Of a stretch of 64,000 nt of DNA, positions 39,701 through 49,133 are shown piece after piece. The stretch comes from Thermoanaerobaculia bacterium (GTDB taxonomy: Bacteria; Acidobacteriota; Thermoanaerobaculia; Multivoradales; UBA5704). The stretch is from contig JBGAGQ010000023.1 in the NCBI GenBank assembly GCA_044226625.1, forward strand, positions 19,768 to 83,767, read 5' to 3'. Every line of letters starts with the position of its first letter. The first letter of the stretch is position 1. Both the position numbers and the translations under genes were made by a program. The notes beneath the pieces were generated by a model. The model ran no database searches, was not told the origin of the DNA, and saw only the letters and a program-made list of their open reading frames with translations.

Positions 39701-40750
39701 TCAGGGTTCCTCTTCGGCAGCGTCGCCCAGCGTCGCTCCCACTTCGCGAGAGAGCAGCAAGCCCGCGCCTCGAACGACCACCGAGTCCCCGGGAGCGAAG
39801 CCGGTCGCCGCGAAGTAGCCGTCTCCCTCCGCCGCCGGGCCGTCGGTCCCCAGGGCGAGGGCGATGGGACGGCGAACGAAACGGCGCGCCCTGCCTTCCG
39901 ACCCGGTCGCCACGAAGCACCAGGCGCCGCCGGCCGAGAGAACGACCGCACTCTCAGGGATCGATACGCCGCTCCGTCGAGTCGACAAGTCGGCAGTCGC
40001 CCGTAGCCGTTCCCCCGTCCGCGGCAGGTGGGGCCCTAAGAGGAGCGCAAAGAACGACGGTCCGGGAAGCGCGGGATCTTCGGCAGCGGGCCAGATCGCC
40101 TCGGCGACCGGCGCGCCTTTCGGGGCGGAGCCAGCCGGGGCCAGGCGTTCGAAGCGAAGCGTCGGAGTTCGCTCCGGCAACTCCGTGCCGAGGGGAAATT
40201 GCACGCGGGCGAGAACCGCTTTCCCGGCGGCGAGCCGGTCGAGCCAGCGCCGGCGCGTCGCGCCGTCCGTCAAGGGGGATCCCGAGGCACGAGGCCCCCA
40301 ATCGAGCGCGAGGATCCGCTCCAGCCGCTCGACCTGCGTTATGTCGGTTGTCCTTTGCCGGCGCGCCGCTTCGACCGCGGCGAGAGAAACGCTGGTCTGG
40401 TCGGCGTAGAGCGCCTCGGCGCGATCTAGAGCCGCCCCGCTCGCGGCGCTCGCCGCCTTGGCCGCGGCGAGGTCGGCGTCGAGGTCGGAGAGGGCCGCGA
40501 CCGCGACGATCGTCGCCATACCCTCGGCCCGTGCCTGGCGTGCCGCCGGTTTCAGCTTCGCCAAGGCGAGCCCGAGGTGCTCCTGATCGGCCGCGCTCAG
40601 AACGATCCCCTCCGGTTCTGCCGCCGCGGCGGGCCGTTCCGCCGCGGATTTTCTGGGCTCAGACTCTTCTGCTGAATGGCCGCAGGAGCCGAACAGCACC
40701 AAGGCCAACAGCGCCATGGGCTTCCAAGGGGAGCCGGCTCCTTTTCTCAT
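39701..40750 (-). CDS. RND periplasmic adaptor (MFP), lipoprotein
   Basis: Start MRKGAG overlaps the OMF stop; lipobox LFGSC; IPESAVV; GDSVVVRGA. Confidence 0.78.
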   Translation of the reverse strand: MRKGAGSPWKPMALLALVLFGSCGHSAEESEPRKSAAERPAAAAEPEGIVLSAADQEHLGLALAKLKPAARQARAEGMATIVAVAALSDLDADLAAAKAASAASGAALDRAEALYADQTSVSLAAVEAARRQRTTDITQVERLERILALDWGPRASGSPLTDGATRRRWLDRLAAGKAVLARVQFPLGTELPERTPTLRFERLAPAGSAPKGAPVAEAIWPAAEDPALPGPSFFALLLGPHLPRTGERLRATADLSTRRSGVSIPESAVVLSAGGAWCFVATGSEGRARRFVRRPIALALGTDGPAAEGDGYFAATGFAPGDSVVVRGAGLLLSREVGATLGDAAEEEP

Positions 40751-42168
40751 CGTTTGGGCTCCGGCCAGATGGGGCTCTGCACCCCGGTTTCGAGACGCGT
40801 CAGCGCCTCGACCGCGGCGCGGCGAACCGAGAAAACGGCACGCCGGCCCTCGAGCTCGGCTAGGGCGGCCGAGAGGACGTCGCCGCGATCGGCCGCGCCC
40901 ACGTCGCGGCGGCGCTCCGCGTTGGCGACCGCGGCGGACCGTTCTCCCTGCGCTTGCTCCACCTTTTCGAGCACGGCGTGGATCGCGGCGTAGCTCTCGA
41001 TCGCCGCGGCCGTTTCGGCGAGCGATCGCGCTTGGAGACTCTCCAACGCCGCGCCCGCCTCGGCGACGTGGGCGGTCGCTCGTTCGATCTCCGCGTGTGC
41101 GGCGGCGGCTCGCGGCAAGGTGAGCCCGACTCCGAGCACGACCTTCCGGTCGCCTTGGTCGTAGGTGAGCCCCGGGCCGAGCGTCCAATCCGGGAATCGC
41201 GCCGCCACGGCGGCGCGCAGGTCCGCGATCGCCGCGGCGTAACGGGTGAGCGGACGTCGAAGGTCGATGCGGGAGATCGTCGCGAGAGCTCTCAGCTCGT
41301 TGGACCGGCTTTCGGCGAACGGTCGAGGGAGCACGTCCAGATCGGGAGGCTCGAAGAGCACATCGGACACCGCTTCGGGTCCGACGCCGAGCGCCACCGC
41401 AATGCGACCTCGCGCGGCGGTCTCCTCGAGGTGCGCCAGCTTGGCTTGGCCGGTCGCTCGCGCGAGGTCCGATTCGGCGGTCGCGAGGTCGGGCCGGGAG
41501 ACGGCGCCCATTGCGAGTTGCGTCGACAGCCATCGAGAGAAGTCCCCGCGCAGCCGAGCCTCTTCGTCCGCGAGCGCGCTCTCGCGGCGGGCTAGGGTGA
41601 GGTCGATCAGCGCCTGGCGAACCTCGGCTCGAACCGCCCAAAGTGTGGCGGCGAGGTCCGCCTCGGCGAACGCCGCGTCCGAAGCGGCGCGCTCGGCGCG
41701 GAGCTGCCGCTTGCCATGGGTTTCGAGCGTCGCTCCGAGTGCAAGGGCGACGATCCAAGGAGAGAGGCCGCCAAGGGCCGAGGTGACAACTTCGGGGGTG
41801 AGCGAGATCGAGATCGGAGGCTTGGCCGCTGCGACCCGAACGCCCGCGTTCGCCGCTTCGCTAGCCGCTCGGGCACCGGCCACCTCGCCTCGGAATCTCC
41901 ATGCGACGACCGTGAGGGCGTCGAGGTCCCACGGGCCTGTGGACGTTTCGGCGGCCGGAAGGCCAGCCGCCGCCAGGACTCGTCGGACTTCGGGCATGTC
42001 GAGCCTTCGGCTGGCGATCGCGTTCGCGCTCCGCGCCGGGTCGAACGACGGCGGATTGAGGGGTGGAACGCTTGCGCAGCCGAAGAGGACGAGGAACACG
42101 ACGCACGAAACGGAGAGCTTCAGGCCGAGAAGCCGACTGGTCCGCGATCTTCCGCCTCGGGGGCTCAT
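40747..42168 (-). CDS. TolC-family outer membrane efflux lipoprotein
   Basis: Lipobox LFGC, coiled-coil repeats, first gene of the RND operon. Confidence 0.82.
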   Translation of the reverse strand: MSPRGGRSRTSRLLGLKLSVSCVVFLVLFGCASVPPLNPPSFDPARSANAIASRRLDMPEVRRVLAAAGLPAAETSTGPWDLDALTVVAWRFRGEVAGARAASEAANAGVRVAAAKPPISISLTPEVVTSALGGLSPWIVALALGATLETHGKRQLRAERAASDAAFAEADLAATLWAVRAEVRQALIDLTLARRESALADEEARLRGDFSRWLSTQLAMGAVSRPDLATAESDLARATGQAKLAHLEETAARGRIAVALGVGPEAVSDVLFEPPDLDVLPRPFAESRSNELRALATISRIDLRRPLTRYAAAIADLRAAVAARFPDWTLGPGLTYDQGDRKVVLGVGLTLPRAAAAHAEIERATAHVAEAGAALESLQARSLAETAAAIESYAAIHAVLEKVEQAQGERSAAVANAERRRDVGAADRGDVLSAALAELEGRRAVFSVRRAAVEALTRLETGVQSPIWPEPKR

Positions 42169-42267
42169 CGAGGAATGCTAGAAGGCCCTCCATGAGGGAA
42201 GGATGAATCGAGATCGGCGCACCTGACCTTCGCATACACTGCCGGTCATCGACACGCGGGAGGGCCG

Positions 42268-42738
42268 ATGAAGCGCCAGGCGACCTATGAAGATTCCAAT
42301 CTGATCCTCAAGCTGTACGAGGCGCGCCGGGAGGAGCGTCTGCGTAAGGCACGCGCCTGGCTGGTGTCGTCGTTCCATGCCAGGACCTATGCCGAGTTCC
42401 AGTCGCTCTGTCCCCCCGGGTCGGAGGAGAATGCGTCCTTTCGCATGGTGACGGGGTATTGGGAGATGGCGGCCTCGTTCGTCGCGAACGGAATCCTCCA
42501 CCCGGAGCTCTACTTTCAGAACCATCAGGAGATGTTGTTCGTCTGGGAGCGGATTCGCGACGTGGTCGCCGAGGCTCGAGCTCAGACGAAGAACCCGAAC
42601 CTGGCCGTCAACATTGAGCGGGTGGCCCGCGATCAGGTCGCGTGGCTCGAGCGGACGAGCCCCGGCTTCTTCGCCCTCTTCTCCGAGCGGGTTCGCACCC
42701 GGCCGGCGGCCTCCCCGCCCCCCGCCGCGCCCGGCTAG
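42268..42738 (+). CDS. DUF4760-like hypothetical protein
   Basis: LILKLYEARREERLRKARAW...YWEMAASFVANG. Confidence 0.7.
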   Translation: MKRQATYEDSNLILKLYEARREERLRKARAWLVSSFHARTYAEFQSLCPPGSEENASFRMVTGYWEMAASFVANGILHPELYFQNHQEMLFVWERIRDVVAEARAQTKNPNLAVNIERVARDQVAWLERTSPGFFALFSERVRTRPAASPPPAAPG

Positions 42739-44054
42739 CGCGCCGGCTGCTCGAGGGCGCTGCGCCCGAGACCGGGAAACGGCAGATCCGGGCTCGGCGC
42801 GGGGCGGCTCGAGTCGTTCGATCGTCCGATCGAGCGCAGAAAGGCGTCCGCCTTCTCCGCGAGATCCCCCGCCTCGCGGCTCCGGTTCTGTCGCAGCAGC
42901 ACGTCGGCGAGCTCCAGGCCCACCTGGGCCGCCTCGCGCTGGAGTCCCTCGCGCTCCAACGCTTCATGGGCGAGGCGAAGCGCGCGCTCGGCGCTCGCAA
43001 GTTGGCCGAGCCCCTGGGCGATCCGCCCTTCGATCCAGAGCCGGCGGCTTTCGACCGGAGGATGAGGGAATCGCTTGTAGGCGGGCCGTGACTCGGCGAG
43101 CATCCGGCGCCCCGCCAGGTAGAGGCCGGCCTCGGCGAGCATCGCGATCAGGTTGTGGCGGACGACCAAGCCGAGCCCCGGCTCGAGATTCGGATCGAGC
43201 AGCGGTAGGGCGAAGCGCAGCCGCTCGATCGCCCGCCCGCGGTCGTCGGCTTGGCGCGAGAGGTCGGCCAAGGCGACCTGGCAGCGACCGGCTCGGTGCT
43301 CCTCGCCCCCCGAGCGGAAGATCTCGAACGCGCGGACGAGAAAGTGCTCGGCTTCGGTGGCCCGTCCCTGGCGACGAAGGAGGGCGGACTTGAGGTTCCA
43401 AAGCTCCGCCCTTTCCAGGGGATCCCGGGTGCCCGATCGGAGGAGTCCCTCGGCGTCGGCGAAGCAACGCTCCGCCCGGTCGAGGTCGCGTTGTTCCTGG
43501 CTCGCGTAGGCGATGCGGCCAAGGCAGCGTGCGGCCAGATCCGCGAGCCGTGCCGTACCGTAGAACGTCGCGTCCAGGCGGTCCACCTGGAGGCGAGCCA
43601 GATGGGCGAGGCGTTCGGCCATCTCGGGCTCACCGGCGAGCCGCTCGCGGCTCGCCTCGAGCAGCGTCTCGACGAACCCCCAGGAACGGCAGCGCGCGTC
43701 CCGTTCGAGCGCCTGTTCGATCTCAGCCCAAGGAAGTCCCGCGAGCGCCTTCCAGCACGCCGCGGCGTCGGCCCGTTCGTGCTCGAAGGAGGCAGCCCGC
43801 TTTAGCAACTGGTGCGAGCCGCGCCAAAGCACCGAGGCGTAATCGACACCGGCGGGCCAGGCGAGCACTCGACCGCCCCGTCGCTCGTGCCCGTCGATCC
43901 GATCGGAGCCGACCGGCCCGCGGGTGAGAGCCCGCGCCCGGGTTTGACAATCGCGGCACGAGGTCAAATGTGCCAGGGCGCGGTCGAGACCGGCGCCGCG
44001 CAACGAGTCGACGAGGCTTCGTAAAGTCAGCTCGTCGGGGTGGATACGCGGCAT
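42735..44054 (-). CDS. TPR-like protein with N-terminal HxxxCxxC zinc motif
   Basis: Start moved to MPRIHPDE; HLTSCRDC; helical repeats follow. Confidence 0.7.
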   Translation of the reverse strand: MPRIHPDELTLRSLVDSLRGAGLDRALAHLTSCRDCQTRARALTRGPVGSDRIDGHERRGGRVLAWPAGVDYASVLWRGSHQLLKRAASFEHERADAAACWKALAGLPWAEIEQALERDARCRSWGFVETLLEASRERLAGEPEMAERLAHLARLQVDRLDATFYGTARLADLAARCLGRIAYASQEQRDLDRAERCFADAEGLLRSGTRDPLERAELWNLKSALLRRQGRATEAEHFLVRAFEIFRSGGEEHRAGRCQVALADLSRQADDRGRAIERLRFALPLLDPNLEPGLGLVVRHNLIAMLAEAGLYLAGRRMLAESRPAYKRFPHPPVESRRLWIEGRIAQGLGQLASAERALRLAHEALEREGLQREAAQVGLELADVLLRQNRSREAGDLAEKADAFLRSIGRSNDSSRPAPSPDLPFPGLGRSALEQPAR

Positions 44055-44310
44055 CGAAAACCGGCCCCGGGAGTTCGAGAGAACGCGGAGAGGAGCCAAC
44101 GAGGTGTGCTCATGGGTGAAGAGTTGCGCGAGGAGGCCAAAACCGAGACACGCGACGGAGAATCCAACGGGTTCGGTCAAGGGGCGATGGGTCCCGCCCA
44201 CGTCGACCGGCGCGGTCCAGTCGGGGTTTCGGAAGGCCGTCTCGCGATTCGACCTCGACCCCATGATCAAAGGGGATCGCGTCGAGCGGCTCCGTCGGGT
44301 CAGCTGCCGC

Positions 44311-44997
44311 TTAAGCGTCCAGAGGGGCGATGCAGTCCGGGAGGTCGTGGGCCGGGCTGTTGACCACCCTCGACACCTCGCGCGTCTCGAACTCGGCGTC
44401 GGGCGCGGGGCGAAGGAGGGGCGTCACCCGTTCCGCGTCGGTCGTCTTCGGATCGAGCCATAGATCGTAATCCTCGGCCGAGAGGATCACCGGCATCCGG
44501 TCGTGGATCGGTTTCATCAGCTCGTTCGGCGTCGTGGTGAGAATGGTGAAGGTCTCGAGCGGCGGGTCCTCACGCGGAGTGCCTTTGGGCCGCCAGCTCG
44601 CCCACAGGCCGGCGAAGGCGAACGGTTTGCCGTCCGAACGATGGATCCAGATCGGCTGCTTGAGCTTCCCGTCTTTCCGCCACTCGTAGAAACCGTCGGC
44701 GAGGACCAGACAACGCTGCCGTTGGAGGCTCCGTTTGAAGGAGGGCTTCTCGGTCGCCGTTTCGGCGCGCGCGTTGATCAAGCGGTTGCCGATCGCGGGA
44801 TCTTCGGCCCAGGCGGGCACCAGACCCCAACGGAGCAGGTCGAACCGGCGCTTCGCTCCCAGCGCGGGGACACGGATCACGGCGGCCTCCTGGGTCGGCG
44901 CCAGGTTCCACCGCGGCGCGAAAGTCGGGACCTCTTCGAGCCCGAAAAGGTCGGCGATCAGCTCGGGCGGGGTGGTAAGGGTGTAGCGGCCGCACAT
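44311..44997 (-). CDS. SRAP (YedK/HMCES) abasic-site protein
   Basis: MCGRY N-terminus, INARAET, FYEW, HDRMP. Confidence 0.95.
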   Translation of the reverse strand: MCGRYTLTTPPELIADLFGLEEVPTFAPRWNLAPTQEAAVIRVPALGAKRRFDLLRWGLVPAWAEDPAIGNRLINARAETATEKPSFKRSLQRQRCLVLADGFYEWRKDGKLKQPIWIHRSDGKPFAFAGLWASWRPKGTPREDPPLETFTILTTTPNELMKPIHDRMPVILSAEDYDLWLDPKTTDAERVTPLLRPAPDAEFETREVSRVVNSPAHDLPDCIAPLDA

Positions 44998-45010
44998 CGC
45001 GAAATCCGGC

Positions 45011-45667
45011 TCAGAAAGCCGCGAGCAGGAACGCCACGTCGCCCCCGATCTGTACGAGGTTGCGATCCATCAACTCCTCGTAATCGCCGCCGAGCTCGCC
45101 GACGCCGGAGCGGCGCTCCTGGTTGAATTTCGCCAGCACCTTGCCGCTCGCCGGATCGAAAATCTCGCCGGAGATCTCGGTCTTCGCCGCGCCTGCCCCG
45201 AAACCGACCCAGTAGCGGGCCGCCTGGGAGCCCGGATCGAGACGGTCGATCGTGCCGCGAAGGATCAGCTTTCTAGCGCCGGGATCGATCTCCCCGCGCG
45301 CCGCGTCGACCACCTCGATTCGCGAGCCGATCCCTTCGGCCAGACCATCGACGTAGGGAGCTGTCGCGTGGGAGATCACGCTCTTGATCGGCGCGTAGGT
45401 ATTGTCATCCCGGTCCGGAAGCTCGGTGCGCGAGCCGTCGAGTGGCTCGACCACGAGTACGTCGAAATCGCCGAGCTTGAACGTTTCGAAGATCTCGACG
45501 CGGTCGATCTCGTCTTTCCAATCGCGATAGGTCCCCGGCTCGGTCGGGGATTTCTTGCTGCGCGCGAGCAGCGGAGCCGCCACGAGCAGCAAGGCGAGGA
45601 GCGGGATCGAGCGGCGGCCGAAGGAACGGCACGAGGGGCCGAAGGAGAGGGCGATCGAGCGAATCAT
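45011..45667 (-). CDS. DUF4410-like secreted protein
   Basis: Signal peptide; DPGSQAARYWVGFGAGAA. Confidence 0.75.
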   Translation of the reverse strand: MIRSIALSFGPSCRSFGRRSIPLLALLLVAAPLLARSKKSPTEPGTYRDWKDEIDRVEIFETFKLGDFDVLVVEPLDGSRTELPDRDDNTYAPIKSVISHATAPYVDGLAEGIGSRIEVVDAARGEIDPGARKLILRGTIDRLDPGSQAARYWVGFGAGAAKTEISGEIFDPASGKVLAKFNQERRSGVGELGGDYEELMDRNLVQIGGDVAFLLAAF

Positions 45668-47780
45668 TGCGGGCGGCCTCCACGGAGAGTTCGAGTGTTG
45701 ATTTTAATCGACTTCGCGCCGGGTCCCCCTTTGCCGATTGTGGATCGACAAAGCGTCGGGCCTCCTCCGCGGCGGGGTCGCCGGCCACGGTGAGCCGGAA
45801 CGCCTTCTCCAGGCGCGCGAGCGCTTCCGACGCCTCGGCCGGCAGAAATACCCCGTCGGTCAGCCGCTCACGTTGCGCTCCGTCGGTTTGAACGGCGCGA
45901 GCGAGCGCAGCACCCAGTTCATCCTTCGGCGGTTGACCGAGCGGCGAGATCCGCCAGAGCCAGCGCCAGGGGCCGCGCGCAAGGAGGGAGCCCGGTCCCG
46001 AGAAGTTCGCCAGGATGCCGTCGAAAGCGGTTTGGGCCTCGGCGGCCGAGCTTTCTACGGACCATCGGACGAACGCCAGATCCTCCTCCCTGGAGTCCTC
46101 CGCGGCGAATCGCCGCAGCGCGCAGAAACCGAGGAAGATCGCGCCGAAGGCGTCGGCAAAGCGGCCGGAGAGGCGCTCCGCGCGTTTGAGCTTGGCCCCT
46201 TGGGACAGGAGCGCGGCCTCAGCGAGAAGAGCGAAGCGGGCCGAGGCCCAGGCGAGCCGGCGCCACAGCGCCGCGGCGGGTCCCCCCACCGGGCTCTGCG
46301 TGAGCCGTCCCCTGGAGAGATCGAGGCGCAGGGTCCGGAGCTTCAAGCGCATCACGTGGCCGAGATGCCCGAGGAGCGCGGCCCGGAAGCGTTTTTCGTC
46401 GTCGGCGTCGATGGCCGCGAGCGCGCGGCGGACGTAGGGGTGGGAGCGGAAAAGCCCTTGGCCAAAGACGATCAGGGTGCGAGTGAGGATGTTCGCCCCC
46501 TCGACCGTGATGCCGATCGAAGCGCCCGCGATGGCGTCGGGCAGGACGTTCCGCGGGCCCCGGCAAAGCCCCGCGCCGCCGAGCACGTCCATCGCGTCGA
46601 GCACGATCCGGCGCAGCCGCTCGGTCGATTCGACCTTGAGCGCGCCGGAGACGACGGCCGGTTTCTCACCGCGCGCGACGGCGCCCGCCGTGAAAATGCG
46701 CGCCGCGTCCAGCCGATAGGTCTCGCCAGCAATCCGCGCGAGCGGCTCTTCGATCCCCTCGAAGCGGCCGATCGGCAGCCCGAACTGATGGCGCACCCGC
46801 GCGTAGGCGCCCGTGACCCGGGCCGCGAGCTTTGCGCCGCCGACCGATTGGGCGGGTAGTGAGATCGATCGTCCGGCCGAGAGCGCCTCCATGAGCATCG
46901 CCCAGCCGCGGCCGGCGCCCGCGGTACCGCCGAGGATCCGGCTCGCGGGAACGAGCACGTCCTTGCCTTCGATCGGGCCGTTCGGAATCGCGATGCCCGC
47001 CGGATCGTGCCGCCGGCCGATCGAAACGCCTGGAGCGGAGGCTGGGACGAGCACGCAGGTGATCCCGGGCTCGGTGCCCGCGCCGAGGAGGTTCTCCGGA
47101 TCGCGGAGGCGCACCGCGAGACCCAGGAGCGTCGCGACCGGAGCGAGGGTGATGTAACGCTTCCTCCAGGAGAGGAGGAGCCAAGGCTGGCCATCGTGAC
47201 CGCGAATCACCTCGCCCGTCGAAGTGAGCGACGCGGCGTCCGAGCCCGCCTCGGGCTCGGTGAGCGCGAAGCAGGGGATCTCTTCGCCGCTCGCGAGCCG
47301 CGGCAGGTACTGGCGGCGCTGCTCCTCCGTGCCATGCGCGAGCAGCAGCTCCGCCGGGCCGACCGAGTTGGGAATCAAGACCAGCGCCGAGAGGGGAAGC
47401 GAGCGCGAGGCGAGTTTGCCGAACACGGCGCTCGCCCCGAGCGGCGAAAAACCGAGACCGCCCCAGGCCGAGGGGATCGTGAGTCCGAAGAAGCGATGCT
47501 CTCGAAGATGGCGCCAGACCGCCTCGGGGATCGTTCGCGTCCGGGAGATCTCCCACGGGTCGGCGAGCCGGCAGACCTGCTCGACCGGGCCGTCGAGGAA
47601 CGCACGCTCCGAGGGAGAAAGCTCGGAATAGGGCTCGGCCAGAATGCGCCGGAGATCGGGACGGCCGGAGAAGATCTCTCCATCGAGCCATACCGTCCCC
47701 GCCGCGAGCGCTTGGTGCTCGGTCTGGGAAATCCGAGGGAGGAGGCCGCGCCGGGCAAGCGCTTTCAAGAGCGACGGCAT
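45405..47780 (-). CDS. fadE: Acyl-CoA dehydrogenase (FadE-like); 3' end uncertain
   Basis: PNSVGPAELL, CFALTEPEAGSDA, KRYITLAP, ITVEGANILTR. The tail overlaps the next gene by about 260 nt. Confidence 0.85.
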   Translation of the reverse strand: MPSLLKALARRGLLPRISQTEHQALAAGTVWLDGEIFSGRPDLRRILAEPYSELSPSERAFLDGPVEQVCRLADPWEISRTRTIPEAVWRHLREHRFFGLTIPSAWGGLGFSPLGASAVFGKLASRSLPLSALVLIPNSVGPAELLLAHGTEEQRRQYLPRLASGEEIPCFALTEPEAGSDAASLTSTGEVIRGHDGQPWLLLSWRKRYITLAPVATLLGLAVRLRDPENLLGAGTEPGITCVLVPASAPGVSIGRRHDPAGIAIPNGPIEGKDVLVPASRILGGTAGAGRGWAMLMEALSAGRSISLPAQSVGGAKLAARVTGAYARVRHQFGLPIGRFEGIEEPLARIAGETYRLDAARIFTAGAVARGEKPAVVSGALKVESTERLRRIVLDAMDVLGGAGLCRGPRNVLPDAIAGASIGITVEGANILTRTLIVFGQGLFRSHPYVRRALAAIDADDEKRFRAALLGHLGHVMRLKLRTLRLDLSRGRLTQSPVGGPAAALWRRLAWASARFALLAEAALLSQGAKLKRAERLSGRFADAFGAIFLGFCALRRFAAEDSREEDLAFVRWSVESSAAEAQTAFDGILANFSGPGSLLARGPWRWLWRISPLGQPPKDELGAALARAVQTDGAQRERLTDGVFLPAEASEALARLEKAFRLTVAGDPAAEEARRFVDPQSAKGDPARSRLKSTLELSVEAARNDSLDRPLLRPLVPFLRPPLDPAPRLAARGGSAARAQQEIPDRAGDLSRLERRDRPRRDLRNVQARRFRRTRGRATRRLAHRASGPG

Positions 47781-47837
47781 ACTGCCGATTCTAGGCCGGG
47801 TTCGCCGGGCGGGCTTCGGTCGATCTCGGGTCGGGCG

Positions 47838-49133
47838 CTACCGCTCGCCGCTCACCCAGGTCTCGGCGATCGCGGAGTTGCCGGCGCCGAAGATCAGGCT
47901 ATCGAGGAGGGTTTCGGGCTCCCAGCCGTCCAGCTCGGGCCGGTCGAGGTCGATCGCGACCAGATCGGCCCAGGCACCGGTGCGGATCTCTCCGGCGTCG
48001 AGGCCGAGCGAACGGGCGCCGCCGATCGTCGCCGCGTCGAGCAGCACGGGCGCGACCGCGCCGGCCGCGTCGCGAAGCCCTCCGCGGGTCTCGGTCTTCA
48101 CCCGTTGGCCGTACTCCAGCCAGCGCATTTCCTCCAGGAAGGAGATCCGCGCGTTCGAATCGGTGCCGAGCGCAAGCCGAGCTTCGGCCGCGCCGCGCGC
48201 GGCGACGAAATGCGCGAGGTCGGGCAGGCCGTCGCCGAGGTTCCCTTCGGTCGCCGGGCAGATGCAGGCCGTGCCGCCGAGGGAAAAAAACCGCGCGAGA
48301 TCTTCGGGCGTCGTATGCGTGCAGTGGACCGCGGTGGTCCCCTCCGCGCCGCCGCAGCTCTCGAGCAAAGCACCCATCGGCGTCTGGCCGTAAGCGGCCC
48401 GGCAGTCCTCGATTTCCTTGCGTTGCTCCTCGATGTGGATGTGGAAGGGGAGGCCGCGGCGGCGCGCCTCACGGTAGATCGCGCCGAGGTCGGCAAGGCT
48501 CGCCGCGCGCACGCTGTGGACGACCGCGCCGAGCGTTTGGCGGTTTCCAAGGCGGCTCTCCAGAGCGTCCATCTGGTTCCAGTAGACCGCGGGGGAGACG
48601 CCGTCGAAACGGCTTTGCGCTGGCGAGAGCGGTTGGCCGATTCCGCCGGTCCGGTAGTAGGTTTCGAGCAGGATCAGACGAATCCCCACGGAGGCCGCCG
48701 CGGCGAGGATCGCGTCGTCGAAGACGAAATCGGCACCCGGCCCGTGGTGATGGAGGTAGTGGAACTCGCCGACCGATGTGATCCCCGCCGCGCGCATCTC
48801 GGAGAACGCTTGGCGCGACAGGTCGTAGATGCGCTCCTCCGTCATCGCTTCGACCAGGCCGTACATCGCTTCGCGCCAGGTCCAGAAGCTCCCCGCCGAT
48901 CCGGCGGGAAACGTCTCCCCACGCCCGCGGAGACCGCGTTGGAATGCGTGGGAATGGACGTTTACGAACCCGGGAAGGAGGGCACGGCGCTCGAGTCGGT
49001 CGAGGCGCGCGCTCTCAGGCACGGGCTCCGCGCCGACGCTAGCGATCCGACCATCGTCGCTCAGGCCGATTCGAATCCCGGCCTCGAACTTCGCTCCGGT
49101 CCAGGTGAGGTCGGCCTCGAGATAGCGCGTCAT
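47838..49133 (-). CDS. hutF: Formimidoylglutamate deiminase
   Basis: NVHSHAFQRGLRG, FWTWREAMY, EFHYLHH, HSVRA, HIHIEEQ, CPATEGNLGDG. Confidence 0.9.
   Translation of the reverse strand: MTRYLEADLTWTGAKFEAGIRIGLSDDGRIASVGAEPVPESARLDRLERRALLPGFVNVHSHAFQRGLRGRGETFPAGSAGSFWTWREAMYGLVEAMTEERIYDLSRQAFSEMRAAGITSVGEFHYLHHHGPGADFVFDDAILAAAASVGIRLILLETYYRTGGIGQPLSPAQSRFDGVSPAVYWNQMDALESRLGNRQTLGAVVHSVRAASLADLGAIYREARRRGLPFHIHIEEQRKEIEDCRAAYGQTPMGALLESCGGAEGTTAVHCTHTTPEDLARFFSLGGTACICPATEGNLGDGLPDLAHFVAARGAAEARLALGTDSNARISFLEEMRWLEYGQRVKTETRGGLRDAAGAVAPVLLDAATIGGARSLGLDAGEIRTGAWADLVAIDLDRPELDGWEPETLLDSLIFGAGNSAIAETWVSGER

Noticed and set aside
33458-44997. ssb and SRAP as prophage or ICE markers
   Set aside because: Both sit in housekeeping context with no integrase, phage or conjugation genes.
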